Shown here one piece after another: positions 51,278 to 61,296 of a DNA stretch of 64,000 nt. Position numbers and translations under genes: made by a program. Location: NCBI GenBank assembly GCA_963803705.1, contig CAWDNU010000001.1, positions 576,001-640,000 on the forward strand. The letters run 5' to 3'. Position 1 is the stretch's first letter. Every line of letters starts with the position of its first letter. The notes under the pieces were generated by a model. It saw nothing but the letters and a program-made list of their open reading frames with translations. It searched no databases and had not been told where the DNA came from. The DNA is from an uncultured Pseudobdellovibrionaceae bacterium (GTDB lineage Bacteria; Bdellovibrionota; Bdellovibrionia; Bdellovibrionales; UBA1609).

Positions 51278-52339
51278 ATGACAAAGTCTTGGGATTTAAG
51301 AACACTCCAACAAAGCTTCACGGCAAACAAGGTTTGCACATCTTACACTGTAACCGGTGAAGATTCTTACTTAGTCCAAGAGGCATTGACCAATATAAAA
51401 TCCTACTTCGAAAACTTAGGTGTGAACTTTGATTTCAATTTTGATTGTATCTATTTCAGCGAAAAGAAAGCGGCTGACATTGTAGATATCATTGAAACTC
51501 TGCCAATGATGTCGCCATATAGACTCGTTGTTATAAAAGAGGCTCATCTGATTAAAGAAAAAGATTGGGAGATGCTTAAAAAATCGATTGATAAAGGGCT
51601 TTCACAAACCGTCATAGTTTTTGTACATGAGGCAAAATTCGATAAACGAAAAAAAATATATAAGTGGATTTCAAGCGAAACTCAAGTAGTTGAGCTAATA
51701 ACACCTTACGAAAACCAAGTGCCAGTGTGGATACATTACATGGCTCAAAAAAGTGATTTAACACTAGATCAGGGAGCGGCTTTACAATTATTGCATCTGG
51801 TTGGCGTAGACTTAATTGAAATCAATAATGAAATTTTAAAGCTCAAGAGTTTTTTTTACGGACAGAAATCTAGTCTTGAAATCAACGATATTTTAAAAGT
51901 TGTTTCAAAAAAAAGAATTGAAAACATATTTGACCTTACTGCTGCCATCGCTTCAGGGCATAAATCTTTGGCTCTTCAGCTTTTGGCTGATCTATTAGAC
52001 CAGGGGCAAAACGAGGTAGGGATAGTATCACTTATCAGTCGCCACATGAGAATTTTAAATAAGGTTATAGAAAACTCAGGACTAAATTTATCACAAAAAC
52101 AGTTGGCAGCTAAGGTTGCTGTTTCACCTTTTTTTGTAAGCCAATATATAGAGCAAAGCAAAAAGTGGGACCTGCAAAAAATGAACTGTATATTTGAACT
52201 ATTACTTGATACAGATAAGGCTTTAAAAAGCTCGCCTATATCTTCCAAAATTTGGCTAGAGAATTTTATTATACAGGCTTGTTACTTGTCATCAGCGGTA
52301 AGCAGCCACTTAACTAGCAAAGAGCTAAATCAATATTAG
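51278..52339 (+). CDS. holA: DNA polymerase III delta subunit
   Basis: GEDSYL, TLPMMS..RLVV, NEI.KL, IFDL..AI, D..LKSS. Confidence 0.88.
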   Translation: MTKSWDLRTLQQSFTANKVCTSYTVTGEDSYLVQEALTNIKSYFENLGVNFDFNFDCIYFSEKKAADIVDIIETLPMMSPYRLVVIKEAHLIKEKDWEMLKKSIDKGLSQTVIVFVHEAKFDKRKKIYKWISSETQVVELITPYENQVPVWIHYMAQKSDLTLDQGAALQLLHLVGVDLIEINNEILKLKSFFYGQKSSLEINDILKVVSKKRIENIFDLTAAIASGHKSLALQLLADLLDQGQNEVGIVSLISRHMRILNKVIENSGLNLSQKQLAAKVAVSPFFVSQYIEQSKKWDLQKMNCIFELLLDTDKALKSSPISSKIWLENFIIQACYLSSAVSSHLTSKELNQY

Positions 52340-52358
52340 CCCGAAATAGAGCTAACTT

Positions 52359-52628
52359 TTAGGACGGGCTGATTGTATTTATATATGACGAAAGTCTAGA
52401 GACTTTTCTAGAAGCTGTGTTTCTGTGAAACAGACCCTTTTTTGCCGCTTTATCAACCCGACTAGAAAAATCTTTTAGCATCTTTTGAGCTGCTTCCTTA
52501 TCACCACTAGTTACGGCTGCTCTAACCTTTTTTTCAATTGTTCTAACACCAGCTTTTGTGTGAGTGTTGGTAGCATTTTTTTTTACTGTTTGGCGTGCTC
52601 TTTTAGCTGCCGATTTGTGATTTGCCAT
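52359..52628 (-). CDS. rpsT: 30S ribosomal protein S20
   Basis: MANHKSAAKRARQ...DKAAKKG..H.N.ASRK.SRL. Confidence 0.97.
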   Translation of the reverse strand: MANHKSAAKRARQTVKKNATNTHTKAGVRTIEKKVRAAVTSGDKEAAQKMLKDFSSRVDKAAKKGLFHRNTASRKVSRLSSYINTISPS

Positions 52629-52738
52629 TTAATTCCTTTTTACTTTTCGTTGCATAAAATCAAAGGCCATTTAATTATCATAGGTAAGGGGTATACGCAA
52701 GAAACAACAAAATCTTTGAATTTAGGGTTTAAACAAAA

Positions 52739-54355
52739 ATGTCAGTTAGAGATTCAGATATCTTAAAAAACAAACAAAATCAAGGGTTTGGGTCTACTAA
52801 AAGATCAAAATCGTCAGTTACTAAACTTGCTGGCTTAATGTCAGTCGGCACTCTTATTAGCAGAATACTTGGTTTCGTTAGAGACAGGCTTATAGTGCAG
52901 TTCTTTGATGTCCAAATGGCTGACAGCTTTTACGCGGCTTTTCGACTACCTAATTTTTTTCGGATTCTGCTTGGGGAAGGAGCTCTGTCGGTTTCGTTTT
53001 TGCCTGCTTATATAGATTTGAAATATCGAGCAGACGGCAGCGACAAACTGTTAGCAGGCACAGTCTGGACATTTCTAACCATTTTAAGCGCTACGCTTTC
53101 TGTTCTAGCAATTTACTTTATGTCTGACCTCATGCCAATGATCGTAGATGCCCAGAACCTGCAGCAAATACCTGGTAAATATGAAACCACTCTTTTGTTT
53201 TCAAAGATCATGTTTTCTTACTTATTTTTAGTAAGCCAGTTTGCATTTTTTATGTCGCTACTCAATTCTCACGACGAATTTTTTATACCTGGGCTGGCTC
53301 CTGCTGCTTTTAACCTGATTGTTATTCTAGTTATTTTAATTCAACCAAATATCCTGGGTGTAGCTGGGGAAGCTCTACCTTTTGCCATTATATTTGGTGG
53401 AATTGGTCAAGCTTTACTCGTCTTCTTCAAAGCTTTTCAAATAAAGATCATACCAAAACCAAATTTCTTTTTCTTAAGCCCTAAGTTTCTTCAAGTGCTT
53501 CGAAGAGCGGCACCGAGTATGATTGGCATCGGAGCCATTCAATTTCTTGGGGTTTTAAACTTGGGTTTTGCAAGCTCGTTAGATCCAGGGTCGATCACTT
53601 ACTTATATTTAGCTGATAGATTACTAGAATTACCTCAATCAATTTTAGCGATTAGTTTGGGAGCAGCTCTGTTGCCTGCATTAACATCTTTATGGGCCGA
53701 AGACGACAATCAAAGCTTTCTTAGCCAAATATACGAAACAACCTCCATGTACTACTTTTTAGCTATACCGTCGGCAATAGGCCTGGCAGTGCTTGCAGAG
53801 CCTATGGTGACCTTATTATTTTCGACAAAAAATTTGACCCACGAGGGCTTAAAAGTAACTTCAACCTTAGTTCAAGTTTACTCTATAATGTTGTTAGTTG
53901 CTGGAACATCCAGGTTATTGTTACAAGGGTTTTACGCTGTTAAAAACACAGTTTACCCGGCCGTAGGGTCTTGTTTGATTATAGCTGTGCATTATTTTCT
54001 AGCGCCTGAACTGATGGCTATCTTTGGACTGATGGGATTGGTGATTTCAACCACAGCGTCTTCTTTGCTAGCATTATTTCTTACATTCATTAGCTTTCAA
54101 TTTCTAGTAACTCCGATGAGCTTAACTCAATTTTTTAGACCTTTACCTTCGCTACTTTTACTAAATTTACTAACTCTTTTAATATCCTACGGAACCTTAA
54201 TAGTTTGGCAGAGTGAAAAATCTTATCTATTACGAAACATACTACTAATTTTTGGAATCAGTATATCGGTCGCAGTATACTTTATAGCCGCAAGAATTTT
54301 CAAATTTGATCAGGTTAAAGTTTTTTTTAGGATTTTTAAGCGACTAAAAAAGTAG
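52739..54355 (+). CDS. murJ: Lipid II flippase MurJ
   Basis: SRILGFVRD, AFRLPN.FR..LGEGALS, ADRLLELP. Confidence 0.95.
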   Translation: MSVRDSDILKNKQNQGFGSTKRSKSSVTKLAGLMSVGTLISRILGFVRDRLIVQFFDVQMADSFYAAFRLPNFFRILLGEGALSVSFLPAYIDLKYRADGSDKLLAGTVWTFLTILSATLSVLAIYFMSDLMPMIVDAQNLQQIPGKYETTLLFSKIMFSYLFLVSQFAFFMSLLNSHDEFFIPGLAPAAFNLIVILVILIQPNILGVAGEALPFAIIFGGIGQALLVFFKAFQIKIIPKPNFFFLSPKFLQVLRRAAPSMIGIGAIQFLGVLNLGFASSLDPGSITYLYLADRLLELPQSILAISLGAALLPALTSLWAEDDNQSFLSQIYETTSMYYFLAIPSAIGLAVLAEPMVTLLFSTKNLTHEGLKVTSTLVQVYSIMLLVAGTSRLLLQGFYAVKNTVYPAVGSCLIIAVHYFLAPELMAIFGLMGLVISTTASSLLALFLTFISFQFLVTPMSLTQFFRPLPSLLLLNLLTLLISYGTLIVWQSEKSYLLRNILLIFGISISVAVYFIAARIFKFDQVKVFFRIFKRLKK

Positions 54356-54429
54356 AATAAAAAAGAATACTTAAACTTAGCTAAACTTACCTAAACATTG
54401 ACGTCAAAAATTTGAATTCGAAATTATCA

Positions 54430-54831
54430 TCATTCAAATTTAGCTCTTAGAGATTCAATCTCTTCAGCTTTCAAAACTACTTTGGCTTCTTTCCACAGTT
54501 GTTCAAGATCACTTAGTTGAAGGGTTTCAAAATTTAGGTTTTTTTCTTCAGCTAAATTTTTCATACAGGAACGTCTTTCAAGATATCGTTGATTAGCTAC
54601 TTCAAGAGCTAAAGAAGGATTAATTTCTAAATGTCTTGCTACTTGAACAATCGTAAATATTAGGTCTCCAAGTTCGTGCGCTTGTGCAAGTCGCCCCTGG
54701 TGCAAACTTTGCTTAAGCTCTAGAAGCTCTTCTGAGACTTTTTCTAAAACAGCTTCTGCACTAGGCCAGTCGAAATGAGCTCTATCTTTAAGTCCTAAAT
54801 GGTAAGTGCATTGAAGCGGGTCTTTAGTCAT
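54430..54831 (-). CDS. MazG-like nucleotide pyrophosphohydrolase (single domain)
   Basis: FDW....V..KV.EE..EL, ELGDLIF, LW..AK. Confidence 0.82.
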   Translation of the reverse strand: MTKDPLQCTYHLGLKDRAHFDWPSAEAVLEKVSEELLELKQSLHQGRLAQAHELGDLIFTIVQVARHLEINPSLALEVANQRYLERRSCMKNLAEEKNLNFETLQLSDLEQLWKEAKVVLKAEEIESLRAKFE

Positions 54832-55047
54832 AAGCTTTTTCTAACTTGTAGATTTGCACTACGCAAACATCTATTTTTCTGTGAAATTTTTTTATGAAAT
54901 TTGGCTTTTTCTGTGCTTTAGGCGAGTGAGACCCATTATTTTCTACAAGTTAAGGCTTCCTTTTACCGATATGTAGTCATATAAATTAACTTAATTAAAG
55001 TATTATTTAAATTTTACGTCGTGGAAGAAGTTATGCTAAAGAAATAG

Positions 55048-57444
55048 TTGAGACTACGGCAAAATCTTAACAGCAAATTAGAAATTATGAAAAATAAAAA
55101 TCAAAAAGATTCTAAGCCAAGCCGCAAACTTTACCAGTCTATTGATCAGACAAGAACTTTTGAAAGCTGGGTCAACAAACAAGAACTCAAAAACTCGTAC
55201 TTTTTTAGTTTCCTCGTTCTTGTGGATAGAAAATTTTCTTTGAAAAGCTTAGCAATTTGGGGTGGATTCTCTATATTTTTCTCTTTTTTACTGTTCGCAA
55301 AATTTGACTATCAACCTGTTATTTATGAAGGTGATGTTGCGTTGAAAGACGTTAAATCCCCGTTAAAGTTGAACATGATAGATATGGTAACAACTGAAGC
55401 AAAAAAAGAGGTTGCTAGGAAAAATGTGCTTTCAGTTTTTAAATACATCCCTCAGGGACCTGAAAAACAATTAGATCAAATATACAATACTTTTTCAAAC
55501 TATAGGCGCTTTGTGCTTCAAAAGAAAGATGATCTGATTAACAAAGAAGACTTCGAAAAGAGCTTGGGTCTTAAAATTAGTGATAGAACATTTGATTGGC
55601 TACTTGAATCCAAATTTTCCGCAAAAATAGATAATACTCTTAGAGCTGTTTTGAAAAATTGGTCCACTCAATTCCTGGCTGACAGTCCTGAAAAGCATAT
55701 CTTACCAAATCAGAAGTACCTAAATCTATTAAGTTCATACAGCGATAGGGCCGATGAGGCTAGAATTCCAGTAGACTCGCTGAAGGATATTTACAGACGC
55801 AGTCTTTTGAAAAGAGACCTTCCGCCCAGGTTCAATAGCTTGTCAAAAATAAACCAAAGCAGAGTTTTAGATCTCGCTTTTGACCTTTTAAAGCCAAACG
55901 TCATCTTTGATTTAGAAACCACCCTAAGGCGACGTAATCTTGCTACCGAAGAGATCCTGCCTGCGACAATCTCTATCAAAAAAAATCAAACTATTGTCAG
56001 TGCTGGATCTATTGTTAATCTAGCTGACGTGAAAATTGTAAATCAGATTAGAAAAATTCAATACGAAGACAAAAGAGTCTATGTACCTGTGGGAGTAGCG
56101 TTACTTTTCTTCCTTTTTATTATCATAGCTTCGAACTTAATTGGTGCGTTTAAGCTTATTGAACGAAACCTGGATTACAGAACTAACATTTTGTTCCTAG
56201 TTTCTATTGTAAGCTTAGGAATTTGGAAGGTTTTGATGTTTGTGCTTGAAACGTCGCTGGTGCAAAAATTTGGTGGTAGCTACCCCCAAGAGGTACTAGT
56301 TTTGGCAACCCCTTTTGTAGCTCCGATCATAATCGCTGGTCTAATCACTCGTTCCCCTTACCTTTTATTCATGTTTACGTTTTTTAGTTCAGTTGCGTTT
56401 GCGTTTTTAGTCGATCAAAGTTTTTCTACTTTTGTAATAGTAAGTATATCCAGTTTTGCAGCTATTCGTACAATCTACGCTTGCGAAACAAGAAACGACG
56501 TTTACATATCTGCATTTTTATCGGCTTTAGTGGGTTTTGTGATCAGCTTAGTTTTCATTTTTGTGAACCAACCTGATGCTCTAATATCAGTTGATTCATG
56601 GATTTTATTAGTCGGATCCTCTTTGCTTGGGGCCGCGCTGAGTTCAGTGATCACTTTCGTTATTGTACCGGTTATCGAATCTCTTTTTGAGTTTTCAACT
56701 GACTTGAAACTTTTGGACTTAGCAAGCATGAATCATCCTTTACTACAACAGATGATGGTCAAAGCGCCGGGCACTTATCATCATTCAATGGTTGTTGGGA
56801 GCATGTGTGAAGCTGCAGCCAGAGACATTGGGGCAGATGCATTGATGAATAAAGTGATGGGTTACTTTCACGATATAGGTAAAATGGAACACCCAAGCTA
56901 TTTTATTGAAAATCAAAGAAAAGGTGAAAACCCTCACGATCATATTTCACCTCATCTAAGTAAGACCATAATTGTTGCTCACGTGAAAGATGGGGTAGAG
57001 ATGGCATTAAAGGCAAAGCTAGGGCAAGAAATCATTGATGGAATTAAGCAGCATCATGGAACAACTCTGGTTTCTTATTTCTATAACCGTGCTCTAAAAT
57101 CAGCTGAAAAGGACGAAATCGTCAATGAAGAGGAATTTCGGTACCCTGGGCCTAAACCGCAGTTCAAAGAATCTGCGATTTTGATGTTAGCAGACAGTAT
57201 TGAGGCTGCCGCGCGAGCAATGGATGACCCTAACCCTATAAAATTAAGTCACTTGGTTGAAAACATGATTGAGAAGAAAATCGTAGATAGCCAGTTAGAT
57301 GAGTGTGATTTGAATTTTGTCGAGCTTACTCTTATCCGAAAGTCTTTTTACAGAACCGTTCTAGGTATTTATCACCACAGGGTTGATTACAAAGACACCA
57401 CCGGATCTGTTAAAAAGATTGTAAACAAAACGGCCAATGCATGA
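55048..57444 (+). CDS. 7TM-HD phosphohydrolase (PgpH/YqfF-like)
   Basis: Extracellular domain, multiple TM helices, APGTYHHS, HDIGK, HHGT, LADS. The start may be ATG 55087. Confidence 0.9.
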   Translation: MRLRQNLNSKLEIMKNKNQKDSKPSRKLYQSIDQTRTFESWVNKQELKNSYFFSFLVLVDRKFSLKSLAIWGGFSIFFSFLLFAKFDYQPVIYEGDVALKDVKSPLKLNMIDMVTTEAKKEVARKNVLSVFKYIPQGPEKQLDQIYNTFSNYRRFVLQKKDDLINKEDFEKSLGLKISDRTFDWLLESKFSAKIDNTLRAVLKNWSTQFLADSPEKHILPNQKYLNLLSSYSDRADEARIPVDSLKDIYRRSLLKRDLPPRFNSLSKINQSRVLDLAFDLLKPNVIFDLETTLRRRNLATEEILPATISIKKNQTIVSAGSIVNLADVKIVNQIRKIQYEDKRVYVPVGVALLFFLFIIIASNLIGAFKLIERNLDYRTNILFLVSIVSLGIWKVLMFVLETSLVQKFGGSYPQEVLVLATPFVAPIIIAGLITRSPYLLFMFTFFSSVAFAFLVDQSFSTFVIVSISSFAAIRTIYACETRNDVYISAFLSALVGFVISLVFIFVNQPDALISVDSWILLVGSSLLGAALSSVITFVIVPVIESLFEFSTDLKLLDLASMNHPLLQQMMVKAPGTYHHSMVVGSMCEAAARDIGADALMNKVMGYFHDIGKMEHPSYFIENQRKGENPHDHISPHLSKTIIVAHVKDGVEMALKAKLGQEIIDGIKQHHGTTLVSYFYNRALKSAEKDEIVNEEEFRYPGPKPQFKESAILMLADSIEAAARAMDDPNPIKLSHLVENMIEKKIVDSQLDECDLNFVELTLIRKSFYRTVLGIYHHRVDYKDTTGSVKKIVNKTANA

Positions 57445-57929
57445 AGGTTCAGATTATAAATCAGCAAACGGAATTTAGAATTCCTAGAGCTGATCTAACA
57501 CGGTTTGTCCAGGATTTGACTGCAAAGATAATAAGGCTTAACAAAGCTAACAATATTTCTAAGGTTATAATTTCCAATTTTAAACTTATGAATATCAACT
57601 TAGTATTTGTAACTAAAAGACAAATCAAATTTCTAAATGCAAACTTTAGAGGAAAAAATAAAGAAACTGATATCTTAAGTTTCAAAGCTTTTGAATTGGA
57701 CTGCTTCGGAGAACTGGTATTTTGTCCTAAGGTTATACTTGGCAATGCTACACGAGCCGATTGGCCTATCAAATATGAATACCTTTATATGTTAACACAT
57801 GGTTATTTGCATTTGCTTGGTTTTGATCACCAGTTGGATAAAGATGAAAAAAAGATGATTGGTTTTCAAAATGAACTATTTAACAAAATAATTAAGAATA
57901 AAAAATATGTAGTCAAAGACTTAAACTAG
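57441..57929 (+). CDS. ybeY: rRNA maturation endoribonuclease YbeY
   Basis: LN..FRGK...TDILSF and HGYLHLLGFDH. Confidence 0.93.
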   Translation: MKVQIINQQTEFRIPRADLTRFVQDLTAKIIRLNKANNISKVIISNFKLMNINLVFVTKRQIKFLNANFRGKNKETDILSFKAFELDCFGELVFCPKVILGNATRADWPIKYEYLYMLTHGYLHLLGFDHQLDKDEKKMIGFQNELFNKIIKNKKYVVKDLN

Positions 57930-57976
57930 GTTTATGTCTAGACTGTTTTAAACTCTTTAAGCCGATATGTAGGATA

Positions 57977-59377
57977 ATGGAAATACTGATATTTACTACC
58001 TTTGCAATTATCGTTGGTTTTGCTGTTATTAATACTGCCATCAATGTTTTTTCGTACCTTCAAAAGCCTGAGTTGGTGTACAAGCTTTCGGCTTTGTTCT
58101 GGTCAACATTAATTGTAAGTTTCATATTGCAAGGTGCTGCTCAAAACAATAAGTTGATGATTTTAGCAAGCTTTGCATTTTCATTAATTCCAGTTAATCT
58201 GCTATGCTTAAGTCTTTACGCGATTTTGGATAAAAAGTATTTCTTAAATCTTTCAATTGGCTCAGGTTTTATCTGCTGTTTAGCTATGCTGGTAGCGTAT
58301 GTAACTGATCTTCCGTTTGTTTACTGTGCGCTTCCTTTGTCTTTGGGAGCTTCTGTTCCGTTGGGTCTAACTGCAATTGAGCTCTTCAAAGCTGAAAGAA
58401 ATCGAAAGATTTTTAGATTTATTAGCTTGGTACTAAGTCTATTTTTAGTTCACGGATTTAATTTTGCTTTCTTTAGATTAGATCCTACGACACAACTTTG
58501 GGGTTGGCCGATCTCTTATGCCTTATTTCAAGCTATCGCTGCTTTACTACCTGCTGCGACTCTGTCAGAGTTTCACTTCAGAGAAGCAAGCAGAATGAAC
58601 CATGTCATCGATCAGCAGACGTTACATTTAGAATCTGCTAATAGGAATTTAAAAAGCACTGTAAGTTTTAAAAATTTTTTATTTAAGACTTTGGCCCATG
58701 ATATTTCAACACCTTTGCTAATTGCTAGCTCCTCTTTAAAAACTATCAAGGCCAACAACGAATTATTGCTAGCAGACATGAATTTGATAAGGGTAGATCG
58801 GGCCATCGAAAAAATTGTTCAAATTTCAAAAGACTTAAAAGAGATTGAATCAAAGCAGCTACAAATTAGTAACTGTAGTGTATTAGAGTGCATCCAAAGC
58901 GCGGAACAAAATATCAATTCCTTGCTTGCAGATAAAAAATTGAAGTTGCAGTATGATTCAAATCTGTTGGCAGGTATAGGTATTTTTGTACACAAAACAT
59001 CATTTGTTAACTCTGTTTTAGGAAATCTACTTAGAAACAGTGTTAAATTTAGTCCTAAAAATAAAGCTATTTCTATTGATTCTGGTTTTGAGCACGAAAA
59101 TAAAGTCTGGATTACTATTAAAAACTTTGGCAGTCCGATTCCAAATGATAAAATTGAAAATATATTTGATTTTAATTTTGAAAAAAGCAGCTTGGGAACC
59201 GAAGGAGAAGAGGGTACCGGTTGGGGTCTACCTATTTCCAAGGTTTTTCTGGAAAACTACGAAGGGACTTTAAGTATAAGCTCCACGCCAACTGAAGATA
59301 TCAGGCTGGACTTAATTGAAGCTAGGATTACAATTACGGGTAACGAATTTAGCTTAAGCACCCTGAGTGTCAGTTAA
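57977..59377 (+). CDS. Multi-pass membrane sensor histidine kinase
   Basis: About 7 TM helices, H-box LAHDISTPL, N-box NLLRNSVKFS, G-box GT.GE.GTGWGL. Confidence 0.88.
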   Translation: MEILIFTTFAIIVGFAVINTAINVFSYLQKPELVYKLSALFWSTLIVSFILQGAAQNNKLMILASFAFSLIPVNLLCLSLYAILDKKYFLNLSIGSGFICCLAMLVAYVTDLPFVYCALPLSLGASVPLGLTAIELFKAERNRKIFRFISLVLSLFLVHGFNFAFFRLDPTTQLWGWPISYALFQAIAALLPAATLSEFHFREASRMNHVIDQQTLHLESANRNLKSTVSFKNFLFKTLAHDISTPLLIASSSLKTIKANNELLLADMNLIRVDRAIEKIVQISKDLKEIESKQLQISNCSVLECIQSAEQNINSLLADKKLKLQYDSNLLAGIGIFVHKTSFVNSVLGNLLRNSVKFSPKNKAISIDSGFEHENKVWITIKNFGSPIPNDKIENIFDFNFEKSSLGTEGEEGTGWGLPISKVFLENYEGTLSISSTPTEDIRLDLIEARITITGNEFSLSTLSVS

Positions 59378-59953
59378 AAAATGCTCAAAAGCCCTGATGG
59401 TGTGTTGCATATTATCAGCAACTAATTTCTTATCTTCATCATCTAATGATTCAATTACATTTCGAGCTTGCTCCAAGTGACCAGGATCTTCATCAGCGTG
59501 TACTCTTAAAAAATTGATAGCCTGTTTCGGATATGTGGGCATAATTTTATCTTTAAGCACTTTAGGAACAACTAAGCAGCATATACTTTCCAAGACGTAA
59601 ATATAACCTAAGTAGGACTTTGGATTTACGTGTTGGATCTTATAGTATTGAGGTTGGTAAAGGGACTGAGTTGCAGGGGACTCTTTGTAGTCTTCAAGTT
59701 TTTTACCTAAAGCCTGCAAGTCTTTTTCGCAGAGAATTTCGTGATTCATCTCTTCACCAATATGTTTAACCATTCTACGAAAAATTTTAGGTTCGCTTAA
59801 AGAAATATGTCCTGCAGCAAGCGCTAATGTCTTAGTAGAGTGCTGAATATAAAAGTATGATTGAGCTAAATATTCTGCATAGGTGGTTTCATCCTCCCAT
59901 TTAAACTTATAAAATTTGTCATAAAGTGAATGTAGTTTGCTTTCGTGAAACAT
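59354..59953 (-). CDS. Heme-oxygenase-like diiron oxidase (iron-containing redox enzyme family)
   Basis: H..EE..H, YVLE and H..ED..H ligand motifs in an all-helical protein. Confidence 0.8.
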   Translation of the reverse strand: MFHESKLHSLYDKFYKFKWEDETTYAEYLAQSYFYIQHSTKTLALAAGHISLSEPKIFRRMVKHIGEEMNHEILCEKDLQALGKKLEDYKESPATQSLYQPQYYKIQHVNPKSYLGYIYVLESICCLVVPKVLKDKIMPTYPKQAINFLRVHADEDPGHLEQARNVIESLDDEDKKLVADNMQHTIRAFEHFLTDTQGA

Positions 59954-60635
59954 TTTCTGTTCTCCTAGGTTGGTTGTAAGTAATTTTATTAAGCCAAAGT
60001 TCTTTTGCTAAATGCTCTATTTCTTTAAACGGTTTTGCAGTGTGACGGTACCAAGCCATCAAATCAACTGCTGATCCGTACTGCATCACATCCTTCTTCA
60101 AGAGCTGAGCACCTCCGCGTGTGCAGATAAAATTTATCTTGCGGTTATTTCTAGTGGTTCCAGTCATAGCTGAACAATTGGATTCTAAAAGTCGATAACC
60201 AAATAAACCAACTTGAAGATCAGTCAAAGAAATATTTACTTCGCGGCTCCAAGCCCTAAAATTTTTGGCTACAGTGAAAAAGCTATACTTACCGATATAT
60301 GAACCATACATCGTAAGCTTTGAAACGCTTTCGTCATCCCAACTTTGAAAGTATTGGTCTTGCCTTGATGTAATAAGGCTCATATCCAGTTCGGTCCAAA
60401 ATCCTAATGAAGTGCACTCATCACCTTTGAAAACAGCTAGAATTTCGTCTTGCCTTACGAAATCATTTGAAAAAACTTTTTTTGGAAAGTCTTCAATTTC
60501 TAACGCGGCTTCTTCCCATACAGTTCGCCACATTAAATAAGCCGCTTCGTAGTGCTGAACTAATTCCGTGGGCGGAGCTGATCCAGGCATTATAATAAGT
60601 TTTAATTCGCGTTCAGCATTTTTCATTAGATACAC
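59919..60635 (-). CDS. Hypothetical protein, possible GNAT-fold acyltransferase (LuxI/FeeM-like)
   Basis: Alpha/beta pattern with SFFTVAKNFR resembling the GNAT motif A of acyl-HSL and N-acyl amino acid synthases. The start may be ATG 60626. Confidence 0.5.
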   Translation of the reverse strand: MYLMKNAERELKLIIMPGSAPPTELVQHYEAAYLMWRTVWEEAALEIEDFPKKVFSNDFVRQDEILAVFKGDECTSLGFWTELDMSLITSRQDQYFQSWDDESVSKLTMYGSYIGKYSFFTVAKNFRAWSREVNISLTDLQVGLFGYRLLESNCSAMTGTTRNNRKINFICTRGGAQLLKKDVMQYGSAVDLMAWYRHTAKPFKEIEHLAKELWLNKITYNQPRRTENVSRKQTTFTL

Positions 60636-60713
60636 AATTAAAATAATCTTTATGTACCGCAGTCAACTTAAGTTAATTTAACTTATTTTAAGTTAGAATT
60701 AATAAATAAATAT

Positions 60714-61106
60714 TTAATCAGAGCTGCTTTGGTTATTTTTGACTATATTAACAATGTCTTCGATTTCGAAGGGTTTATTAAGAAAACCTTGGGCACCTAA
60801 TTTGCGAAGTTCGCTGTCAGTTTTTTCGGGATAGCCACTAAAAAAGTAAAAATTAGGTAAGTGCACACCGTTGTCCTTTAATTTTTTTAACAGCTCGGTT
60901 CCACTTAATCGAGGAAGTTTTAAATCACAAAAAATAAAATCTAGATCGGTTTTTTCGATCAATTCTAGCGCTTGGACTCCGTCTTCGACCTTAAAAACGA
61001 TAGCACCAAAACTTTCAAGATTTTCTGCAATCAGATCTAACAAATCCCGCTCATCATCAACCAACAGAACTTTTACACCATTTAATTCATTGCTCATAAT
61101 TCCCAC
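60714..61106 (-). CDS. Single-domain response regulator (receiver)
   Basis: LLVDDE, CDLKLP..SG, SGY, KPF. Confidence 0.92.
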   Translation of the reverse strand: MGIMSNELNGVKVLLVDDERDLLDLIAENLESFGAIVFKVEDGVQALELIEKTDLDFIFCDLKLPRLSGTELLKKLKDNGVHLPNFYFFSGYPEKTDSELRKLGAQGFLNKPFEIEDIVNIVKNNQSSSD

Positions 61107-61296
61107 TTTGAATCCAAAAAATTAAGCTACCTAGGTTAAAAAAAAATGAGGTGCTGTAACTGAATTCTTATTAAAAATACAAAAAATTTTAGCAAACCAA
61201 TTATAACCTTTTTTCTTCAAAAAATTAACTGATCTTGACATAGCTGGTTAGAGCCCTATCCTATAATCCAAATCTCAAATTCCAAACGAGGTCACA

